Source: Oscillospiraceae bacterium (GTDB lineage Bacteria; Bacillota; Clostridia; Oscillospirales; UBA929). From it: a stretch of 59,542 bases of DNA. The notes below the pieces were generated by a model. The model was given only the letters and a program-made list of their open reading frames with translations. It was not told where the DNA came from and did not search any database. The stretch is from the NCBI GenBank assembly GCA_031549735.1, contig JAVBPF010000048.1, positions 1-59,542 on the forward strand, in the 5' to 3' direction. The position numbers and the translations under genes are program-made. Shown one piece after another: positions 8,285 through 15,358 of the stretch (its first letter is position 1; every line of letters starts with the position of its first letter).

Positions 8285-8580
8285 TGCCGACCTGTTCGGC
8301 TCTTCGATGTCAAGCCTCGCGACGGTCGGCGGTCGGTCGGATAAGCCGACGCTCCGCCGGAAATGCCGCCGGGTCTGCGGCCCGCCCTGTTTTCCGGGCG
8401 CCGCTCGGGCTTATCCTTCCTGCCGACCTGTTCGGCTCTTCGATGTCAAGCCTCGCGACGGTCGGCGGTCGGTCGGATAAGCCGACGCTCCGCCGGAACT
8501 GCCGCCGGGTCTGCGGCCCGCCCTGTTTTCCGGGCGCCGCTCGGGCTTATCCTTCCTGCCGACCTGTTCGGCTCTTCGAT
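8285..8580 (+). repeat. 136-bp tandem repeat, about 2.2 copies, extending the right end of E1
   Basis: Units start at 8285, 8421 and 8557 (TGCCGACCTGTTCGGCTCTTCGAT...). The two full units differ at one position that I can see (GGAAATGCC vs GGAACTGCC). Confidence 0.9.
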
Positions 8581-8741
8581 TTACCATGTTTTTAACCGTA
8601 TGTTATTCAGCGCCCTCCAAAAAATAACGATATTCCTGTGTGACGGCGTGTCCATGGATCCCTTGTTCCTCAGCGGGCGTTTTATACAAACCTCGACAGG
8701 TTTGGCACGGAAACATTGGCGTCGATTTTTCCCTCCAACAC

Positions 8742-8773
8742 TTGACTTTTTTCGAGGTTTTGTGTTATATAAT
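8742..8773 (+). promoter_or_regulatory. Sigma-A type promoter, likely the main promoter of the flagellar operon
   Basis: TTGACT (8742-8747), an 18-nt spacer, then TGtTATATAAT (extended -10; TATATA at 8766-8771). AT-rich context directly upstream of the SLT/flgB genes. Confidence 0.6.
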
Positions 8774-8826
8774 GTAGTTATCAGTTGAAATTATGTGAAC
8801 ATTTTTCGTCGTTCGGCAATCGCAGG

Positions 8827-9678
8827 ATGCGGCTGGTGGAAAGTGAGGCTTTTGCATTGTCCGACATGGCTGCCCAGTTGGTTCAGGCGCGCCTCAACGA
8901 GGTTCAGGCGCGCATATCGGTTCGGGTTGAGGAAATCTCAGCCTCCACCGGCATTTCTTTTTCTCAGATGTTTTCGCAGATAACGGCTGCCGACAGTACC
9001 AATGCAACGGCCGGCGGCGCTAAAAGCTCGGGCCTCGGCTCGGCCGTCATCGGGCTTTTGGGGTTGGGCTCGGATTCGGACAGTTCCGGCTCCTCGGCGG
9101 ATCTCGGCTCTCTCTCGTCGATGCTTGGGCTGAACACCACGTCGTCTACCGATCAGCTGCTGGCGCTGCTGGAAAAGCTGGGCAACGGAGTGACGGTGGG
9201 TAGTGCGGAGAAACCCGGTTTGGTCGGCGGCACACGCGCCGAGTATGAGGAAATTGTCAAAACGGTGGCCGCCCGATACGGCCTTTCACCCGTTCTGCTG
9301 GATGCGGTGGTGCAGGCTGAGTCCGACTACGACGCGGCCTGTGTCTCCACGGCCGGCGCCGTGGGTCTTATGCAGCTCATGCCCAATACGGCAGCCGGGC
9401 TGGGTGTTAAGGATTCCTACGACCCTGAGGAGAATGTCGACGGCGGCGCACGGTATCTGCTGGCGCAGATCATCCGATATAACGGCGACGTCAAAACAGC
9501 GCTGGCCGCCTACAACTGTGGCCCTTATGGACTGTCCAAGCGCGGTGTCGACAATGTGCACGATCCCGACCAGTTCGCCAAGCTTCCCAAGGAGACACAG
9601 ATGTATCTTACCAATATTGAGCGCATACTGACCCAGGCGGGGTATCCCAATCTGCTGAATGAGAACTTTTACGCGTGA
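8827..9678 (+). CDS. Lytic transglycosylase (SLT domain) protein with a Ser/Gly-rich N-terminal region and no signal peptide
   Basis: C-terminal AESDYDAACVSTAGAVGLMQLMPNTAAGLGV...GARYL...AAYNCGP is an SLT catalytic-Glu motif. The start is uncertain (TTG 8785, ATG 8827, ATG 8866). Confidence 0.82.
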   Translation: MRLVESEAFALSDMAAQLVQARLNEVQARISVRVEEISASTGISFSQMFSQITAADSTNATAGGAKSSGLGSAVIGLLGLGSDSDSSGSSADLGSLSSMLGLNTTSSTDQLLALLEKLGNGVTVGSAEKPGLVGGTRAEYEEIVKTVAARYGLSPVLLDAVVQAESDYDAACVSTAGAVGLMQLMPNTAAGLGVKDSYDPEENVDGGARYLLAQIIRYNGDVKTALAAYNCGPYGLSKRGVDNVHDPDQFAKLPKETQMYLTNIERILTQAGYPNLLNENFYA

Positions 9679-9729
9679 ATGCGGTTCTTTTTCGGCACAG
9701 GGTGAGGTTCTCACAGGAGGTGGCTTCGA

Positions 9730-10143
9730 TTGTTCGAAAAAATGTTCAGACCGGTTAACCTGTTGGAACGCGGGCTGGACGCTTCGGCGCTTCGGCAGCA
9801 GACCATCGCGCAGAACATGGCCAACGCCGACACGCCGGGCTACAAGAGCAAAAATGTCAACTTTGAAGATGCCTTCCGCTCGGCGCTGAAAGACAACAGC
9901 GGATTTCAGGCCAAAACGACCCGGGACAGGCATATCAAGTTCGGCGCGGCCAACGATCCGCTTGACGTCTATCCGGAGGTCGTGACCAACGCCAACTATA
10001 CCATGCGTATGGACGAGAACAACGTCGACCCCGATCAGGAAATGGTCGCGCTGGCCAAAAACACGTTGCAGTATGATCTGCTCATCACCAAGATGAACGG
10101 CGAGCTGGCCCGGCTCAGAATGGCCATCCGCGAGGGCCAGTAA
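9730..10143 (+). CDS. flgB: Flagellar basal-body rod protein FlgB
   Basis: LRQQTIAQNMANADTPGYKSKNVNFEDAF is the rod-protein N-terminal motif. AGGAGG RBS lies 11 nt before TTG 9730. Confidence 0.93.
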   Translation: MFEKMFRPVNLLERGLDASALRQQTIAQNMANADTPGYKSKNVNFEDAFRSALKDNSGFQAKTTRDRHIKFGAANDPLDVYPEVVTNANYTMRMDENNVDPDQEMVALAKNTLQYDLLITKMNGELARLRMAIREGQ

Positions 10144-10151
10144 AAGAAAAG

Positions 10152-10322
10152 AGGGGGATCCCATCGCTACCTATCGAAGCGGGGCTTCGATAGGTCACCG
10201 CGCCCCCTTTTGAGGGCTACCCGTCGAAACAGGTTTCGACAGGTTCCCGCATTATGGTTCCGCGCCCGTTGCGCGGGGTAAGGGATTTTTCCCGAAGTGA
10301 ATTCGGGAAAAATGATGAGAGC
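10152..10322 (+). repeat. D-family intergenic repeat, copy D1 (between flgB and flgC)
   Basis: Aligns with 38161-38332. Shared strings are GAGGGGG, TCGAAGCGGGGCTTCGA, TCGAAAC.GGTTTCGA, CCGCGC.CGTTGCGCGGG and TTTTTCCCG...TTCGGGAAAAATGA. Confidence 0.8.
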
Positions 10323-10359
10323 CGGCGGGGACGCGACTCGGCACAAAGGAGGCTAATGC

Positions 10360-10803
10360 ATGAACTTTTTCCGTTCGATGGACATCAGCGCGTCGGCGTT
10401 GACGGCGCAGCGCTACCGCATGGACATCATCGGCGAGAACGTGGCCAACGCCACCACCACCCGCACCGAGGCGGGCGGTCCCTACCGCCGGAAGTATGTC
10501 GTCATGCAGGAACGCTCCCTGCCCTATCTGTTCAAGAATGTTTTGCAGGAGTCCCAGGAGCGGATCGGTGGGGGAGGCGTGCGCATTACGGCCACACGCG
10601 AGGACACCAGCCCCTTCAAGCTGGTCTATGACCCGCAGCATCCCGACGCCGACGCCGAGGGGTATGTCAGCATGCCCAACGTCGACCTGGAGCAGGAAAT
10701 GGTCGACATGATCTCGGCTTCGCGCTCCTACGAGGCCAACATCACGGTGCTCAACAACTACAAGTCGATGGCCAACCGGGCGCTGCAGATCGGCAGAGGA
10801 TAA
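10360..10803 (+). CDS. flgC: Flagellar basal-body rod protein FlgC
   Basis: MNFFRSMDISASALTAQRYRMDIIGENVANATTTRT...SMPNVDLEQEMVDMISASRSYEANI. AAAGGAGG RBS present. Confidence 0.95.
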   Translation: MNFFRSMDISASALTAQRYRMDIIGENVANATTTRTEAGGPYRRKYVVMQERSLPYLFKNVLQESQERIGGGGVRITATREDTSPFKLVYDPQHPDADAEGYVSMPNVDLEQEMVDMISASRSYEANITVLNNYKSMANRALQIGRG

Positions 10804-10806
10804 TAA

Positions 10807-11006
10807 AACATTCGCGGGGCAATGTTTTGCAGGACGAAAAATCCTTTTTCGTCCTGAGGATTCTCGACCTGCGGGTCTCGCAGAGAAAAACTTTCGGGAA
10901 GTGAATCCCCGAAATTTTTGATTTCATTTCTTTTGCGAAAATCGGCAGAGCAAGAACCTGCCTGCTACGGCAGCCAGGCTCCGCGCGATTTTGGCAAAAG
11001 GATGCG
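10807..11006 (+). repeat. A-family mosaic intergenic element, copy A1 (between flgC and fliE)
   Basis: Modules are two element-specific hairpins, TTCTCGACCTGCGGGTCTCGCAGAGAAA, a hairpin with loop GAAGTGAAT, and CTTTTGCGAAAATCGGCAGAGCAAGAACCTGCC...CAGCCAGGCTCCGCGCGATTTTGGCAAAAGGA. Confidence 0.85.
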
Positions 11007-11048
11007 GGCTGCTGAAGCGGTTTCACGCGAATATGCGGAGGTGCTTTT

Positions 11049-11348
11049 ATGGAATTGAATCGGGTGTTGCCCAGCATTCCCCAAACATTGTCCACTTCGT
11101 CGGTCGGTCAGATCGGCAAAAATCAGGGCGCGGATTTCGCCGAGTTTCTGAAAGAGGCGTTTGCCAATGTCGTCACGACCGACGCGTCCGACAAAGTAAC
11201 CAGCCTTGAGGCGCTGTCGGCCACCGGCGGCGATTTGCACAACGCGGTTCTCGCGACCCAGAAGGCAGAGCTCACCCTCAATTTGGCGCTGCAAATCCGC
11301 AGCAAAATGATTGAAGCCTATCAGGAAGTCATGCGCATGCAACTATAA
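11049..11348 (+). CDS. fliE: Flagellar hook-basal body complex protein FliE
   Basis: 99 aa. FAEFLKEAFANV...DLHNAVLATQKAELTLNLALQIRSKMIEAYQEVMRMQL is a typical FliE C-terminus. Confidence 0.92.
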   Translation: MELNRVLPSIPQTLSTSSVGQIGKNQGADFAEFLKEAFANVVTTDASDKVTSLEALSATGGDLHNAVLATQKAELTLNLALQIRSKMIEAYQEVMRMQL

Positions 11349-11349
11349 G

Positions 11350-11575
11350 ACTTTTGAAGGGCTGTGGCCCTCCAAAAGTAGTGATTGGGCGAACGTTTCT
11401 GCGGCGAAATGAATTCGGGGAAAATGATATGGTTCGCCTGCGAAACGCAAGGAATGCGGGGGCAGGGACCGGTGAGCCGGGTTTTCCGTTGCGGCGGCCA
11501 GGCTCCGCGCGCTTTTCGAAATAGGACGGGGACAGCGCAGGGAATGCGAGGGTTTGGAAACGGGAGGGGCAGGCG
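11350..11575 (+). repeat. Composite B-family module plus a 3' partial A-family core (copy B1; between fliE and fliF)
   Basis: A post-stop hairpin (ACTTTTGAAGGGC/GCCCTCCAAAAGT) is followed by TTCTGCGGCGAAATGAATTCGGGG...TTCGCCTGCGAAACGCAAGGAATGCGGGGG and then CGGCGGCCAGGCTCCGCGCGCTTTTCGAAATAGGACGGGG. Confidence 0.75.
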
Positions 11576-11609
11576 TGCCCTACGTCGCATTGTTCGGGAG
11601 GGCTGAGGG

Positions 11610-13220
11610 TTGAAGGAACTGATCAACCGGATCAGGACACAATTGACGGAACTATGGAACCGCACGGAACGGAAGGATCGTGTGCGGTTCTTTACGCTTG
11701 TCGGTGTGGCCCTGGTGGTCATTATTGTCGCCGTTTCGCTGCTGACGCGGACGCAATACGCCGTGCTGTATCACAACCTTGACCCGGCCGAGGCCGGTGA
11801 GATTCTGGCGACGCTGGAGGGGATGGGCGTCAAGACGCAGATCCAGGGCACCGACACCATTCTGGTGCCGCAGGATGAAGTCAACACGCTCTATATGCAA
11901 ATGGCCAGCAGCGGTGTGGGCAAAAAGGGGCTGACCCATGAAAACTTTGCCCTGGGCAGTGGGTTCGGTACCACCGACTACGAAAAGCGCATGTATGAGC
12001 TGTTCGACAAGGAGGACAACCTCGCCGCCACCTTGATGACCAATCCCGGCGTGTCCTACGCCGTCGTGCAGATCGCGCGGCCCGACGCCAACGCCACCTA
12101 TTTGAAAAACGCCACGCCGGTCACCGCGTCGGTCATGCTGACGCTGGACGGCCCGCTGTCGCAGGAAAACATCTCGGCCATCGAGGCGCTGGTTGCGGCC
12201 AGTGTGTCCGAGCTCACGTCCGAACACGTGTTCATCACTGACCAAAACTTCAACCGGCTCAACCGCCGGGAGGGGCTTGATCTGTCCAGTGTCTCGAACA
12301 ACCGGCAGATGACCGAAGCGGTGCGGGACGACATTGTCTCCAACGTCATGGCTTTGCTTGTGCCCATTTACGGCACCGACAATGTGCGTGTATCGGGCAA
12401 TGTGATGCTCGACTTTGACGAGCACAGCACCGAATCGGTGGTGTTCGCGCCGGTCGTAGACGACGAGGGCATCGCCATCAGCGTTCAGGAAATTGTAGAA
12501 AAGGCCACCGGCACGCCGGTGTCCTCGGGTGTTCCCGGCACCGACACCAACGGCGCGGGAACCGACACGACCATCTATCCCGAGGTCAACTATTCGACCA
12601 TGAGCAACTACAGCAAGGTGACCAAGGAAGTCAACTACGAGGTCAACCAGACCATCGACAAAATTCAGCACGAGCAGGGGAAAATTCAGGATCTGTCCAT
12701 CTCGGTGGCCATCAACGTGGACAATTTGAGCTCCGAGAACAACGCGTCCGACGCGGTCAAGAATCTGGTGGCCTGCGCGGTCGGCCTGGACAAGACCGAA
12801 TATGACCGCATCGCCGTGGAGTTCCGAAAGTTCGACGGGGTGGCGGTGCAAAACGAGCTGATGAACAAATACCAGGATCAGCGCCGCCAGAATGAACTGT
12901 TCGATTTGATTAAGAATGTGCTGCTGTACGCCGTCATCGTCATTTGCGTTTTGCTCATCCTTCGCAGAATCAGTAAATTCTTCGCCAAAAAGCCGTCGGA
13001 TGAGGCGAAGTTGGCTTTGGACAAGTTGGACGATGCCAACCTCGAGGCCGACGAATATGCCCGACTGGTGCAGATGGCGACCGCGCCTGAGGGCGCGGAG
13101 ATCACAATCACCAAGTCCACAGCGCGCCAGCGCGTTGAGGAATTCGCCGACAAAGACCCCGAGTCGGTGGCCAATCTGGTGCGCAACTGGCTCAATGAGG
13201 ACAACAAGCGGAAAAGATAG
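11610..13220 (+). CDS. fliF: Flagellar M-ring protein FliF
   Basis: 536 aa with an N-terminal TM segment, YscJ/FliF-type periplasmic region, second TM segment (LLYAVIVICVLLIL) and a charged C-terminus. GGGAGGG RBS precedes TTG 11610. Confidence 0.93.
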   Translation: MKELINRIRTQLTELWNRTERKDRVRFFTLVGVALVVIIVAVSLLTRTQYAVLYHNLDPAEAGEILATLEGMGVKTQIQGTDTILVPQDEVNTLYMQMASSGVGKKGLTHENFALGSGFGTTDYEKRMYELFDKEDNLAATLMTNPGVSYAVVQIARPDANATYLKNATPVTASVMLTLDGPLSQENISAIEALVAASVSELTSEHVFITDQNFNRLNRREGLDLSSVSNNRQMTEAVRDDIVSNVMALLVPIYGTDNVRVSGNVMLDFDEHSTESVVFAPVVDDEGIAISVQEIVEKATGTPVSSGVPGTDTNGAGTDTTIYPEVNYSTMSNYSKVTKEVNYEVNQTIDKIQHEQGKIQDLSISVAINVDNLSSENNASDAVKNLVACAVGLDKTEYDRIAVEFRKFDGVAVQNELMNKYQDQRRQNELFDLIKNVLLYAVIVICVLLILRRISKFFAKKPSDEAKLALDKLDDANLEADEYARLVQMATAPEGAEITITKSTARQRVEEFADKDPESVANLVRNWLNEDNKRKR

Positions 13221-13262
13221 TGATGTGCTGAATGATACCTGGCGGCATCATTCAGCACATCA
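13221..13262 (+). other. Perfect 16-bp inverted repeat (10-nt loop) between fliF and fliG
   Basis: TGATGTGCTGAATGAT (13221-13236) and ATCATTCAGCACATCA (13247-13262). No following T-run. It starts 1 nt after the fliF stop. Confidence 0.8.
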
Positions 13263-13292
13263 GACAAAACAGTAAGGGAGGGTGACCGTGTT

Positions 13293-14303
13293 ATGCCGAC
13301 GACAAGAGAATTGACCGGGAAGGAAAAAGCGGCCATCCTTCTCATTGCACTCGGCCGGGATTATTCGGCCAAGATTTTTAAGTTTCTGCGCGACGATGAA
13401 ATCGAGCAGATTACGCTGGACATCACCAATGTGCGCCGCGTCGACTCGGATACCAAGGAATCTGTGCTGGCCGAATTCTATGATTCCTGTTTGGCGCAAA
13501 ACTATATTTCGGAGGGCGGCATCGACTATGCCCGCGAGGTGCTGGAGGAGGCCATCGGCCCCGAGCGCGCGCTGGAGCTCATCAGCCGTCTTACCTCCTC
13601 GCTGCAGGTTCGGCCCTTCGATTTCGTGCGCCGCGCCGACCCCAAGCAATTGTATAATTTCGTGCAGAACGAGCATCCGCAGACCATCGCGCTCATCATG
13701 GCGTACTTAGATCCGGTCATGTCGGCGGGCGTTTTGTCCAAGCTGCCGCTGGACAAGCAGGTCGAGGTCATCAGCTGCATCGCCACCATGGACCGCACCT
13801 CGCCCGAGTATGTACACGAAATCGAGCGCATTCTCGACCGTAAGCTGTCCTCCCTCGGCACCGACGATTTTACTGTGGTCGGAGGGATTCAGTCGTCGGT
13901 CGATATTTTGAACGCCGTCGACCGCGGCACCGAGCGCCGTGTGCTGGAAACACTCGATGAGAGGAATGTCGAGCTCTCCGACGAAATCCGCCGTAAAATG
14001 TTTGTCTTTGAGGACATTGTCAAGCTGGACAAGCGCGCCATTCAGCGCATCCTCAAGGAGGTCGAAAACGCCGACCTCACCATCGCGCTCAAAAACACCA
14101 GCCCCGACGTCAGCAAAATCATTTTCGAGAATATGTCCAAGCGCTTGCAGGACATGATCAAGGAAGACATGGAATACATGGGCCCGGTACGCGTACGCGA
14201 CGTGGAGGACGCCCAGCAGAAGATCGTCAACGTTATCCGCAAACTGCAGGATGCCGGTGAGATCATCGTCATGCGCGGATCGGAGGATGAGGTCATTGCC
14301 TAG
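13293..14303 (+). CDS. fliG: Flagellar motor switch protein FliG
   Basis: 336 aa with LTGKEKAAILLIALG and the C-terminal torque-helix region MSKRLQDMIKEDMEYMGPVRVRDVEDAQQKIV. Confidence 0.96.
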   Translation: MPTTRELTGKEKAAILLIALGRDYSAKIFKFLRDDEIEQITLDITNVRRVDSDTKESVLAEFYDSCLAQNYISEGGIDYAREVLEEAIGPERALELISRLTSSLQVRPFDFVRRADPKQLYNFVQNEHPQTIALIMAYLDPVMSAGVLSKLPLDKQVEVISCIATMDRTSPEYVHEIERILDRKLSSLGTDDFTVVGGIQSSVDILNAVDRGTERRVLETLDERNVELSDEIRRKMFVFEDIVKLDKRAIQRILKEVENADLTIALKNTSPDVSKIIFENMSKRLQDMIKEDMEYMGPVRVRDVEDAQQKIVNVIRKLQDAGEIIVMRGSEDEVIA

Positions 14304-15027
14304 GGTCATCAAGGCCGAGCAGACCCGCTTCTCCGGCGGCCCGGCGAGACCCGGTCCCGAGGCGGCGCTCCCGGATTCGTCCTTGCCCCTGCCCGCTTCT
14401 ACCGAGGCCGATGTCCGTCAGGCCTATGAGGAGCTCATCAACGTGGCGCAGGAAGAGGTTTCCCTGATGTTGCAGGACGCCCGTGAAGAGGCGACCGAGA
14501 TTTACCGTCAGGCCGAACAGCAGGTGGAGCAAATGCGCGCCTCGGTGCACGAGGAAGTGCGGCGCGAGGTGCTGGAAAACGCGGCGCAGGAGGTCGGGGA
14601 AATCTTAAACCACGCGCAGGCCGATGCCGACCGGTTGCTGCTCGAAGCCAACGAGGAACGCCGGAAGGCGCTGGAGTCGATGGAGCGGCAAATCCTCAAG
14701 CTGGCGCTGGACGTGGCTGAAAAAATTCTGGGCATCGAGCTGGAGCAGAACAACGCGGCCTTTTTGTCGATGCTGAAGGAGGCGCTCGGGCAGATCAAGG
14801 CCGAGCGTGAGGTGACGCTCCGGGTCAACCCGAGCGAATACGTTCGTTTCTTCAAGTCACGCGACGTTACCCTGCACACCGGTCAGGGCACCATACAGGC
14901 CACCGTCATCAACGATTCCAACGTGGGCTTCGGCGGGGTGCTGATCGAGACCGACAGCGGTACGGTCGATGCCAGCGCGCAGGCGCAGCTGGGGCAGATC
15001 GCGCAGCAGTTTGGGATAGAGAGATAG
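14296..15027 (+). CDS. fliH: Flagellar assembly protein FliH
   Basis: Glu/Ala/Arg-rich coiled region followed by LKLALDVAEKILGIELEQN...TLRVNPSEY...GGVLIETDSGTVDAS. TTG 14296 is 9 nt after GGAGG; ATG 14287 is an alternative start. Confidence 0.85.
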   Translation: MPRVIKAEQTRFSGGPARPGPEAALPDSSLPLPASTEADVRQAYEELINVAQEEVSLMLQDAREEATEIYRQAEQQVEQMRASVHEEVRREVLENAAQEVGEILNHAQADADRLLLEANEERRKALESMERQILKLALDVAEKILGIELEQNNAAFLSMLKEALGQIKAEREVTLRVNPSEYVRFFKSRDVTLHTGQGTIQATVINDSNVGFGGVLIETDSGTVDASAQAQLGQIAQQFGIER

Positions 15028-15029
15028 TT

Positions 15030-15207
15030 TGTCGAAAAACCCTGTTTTTCGACAAGAGGGTTCTCGCCCTGCGGGGCTCGCAAAGAAAACCTTTGGTGAA
15101 GTGAATCCCCCAAAGGTTTGATCCTCATTGCTTTTGCCAAAATCGGCGGAGCAAGAACCTGGCCGAGAGGCGGCCAGGCTCCACACGAGTATGGCACAAG
15201 GACGGGG
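15030..15207 (+). repeat. A-family mosaic intergenic element, copy A2 (between fliH and fliI)
   Basis: GTCGAAAAACCCTGTTTTTCGAC hairpin, GGGTTCTCGCCCTGCGGGGCTCGCAAAGAAA, AAACCTTTGG-TGAAGTGAATCCC-CCAAAGGTTT, then CTTTTGCCAAAATCGGCGGAGCAAGAACCTGGCCGAGAGGCGGCCAGGCTCC. Confidence 0.88.
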
Positions 15208-15358
15208 GCCACGTGGCTTCTTTGACAGTGGGAGAATGAATTGTTATACAGCAATGACCAGTGTGTGAGGACGGGTTTCCATGCCCGTCAGTCTTCAAGA
15301 TGAACGCGGCGGGCCGGCATGGAAGCCGGCCCCTACTTGTATATGGGAGGGATGTTCC

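Noticed and set aside
8285-8580. The tandem repeat array considered as a possible CRISPR locus.
   Set aside because: Units are 136 bp, directly abutting and near-identical, with no unique spacers. No cas genes are present in the window.
8703-8720. A sigma-54-like TGGCACG...TTGGC string upstream of the flagellar operon.
   Set aside because: The GG and GC dinucleotides are not at the required GG-N10-GC spacing. After TGGCACG-GAAA the sequence is CATT, not TTGC. A good sigma-A promoter lies 25 nt downstream.
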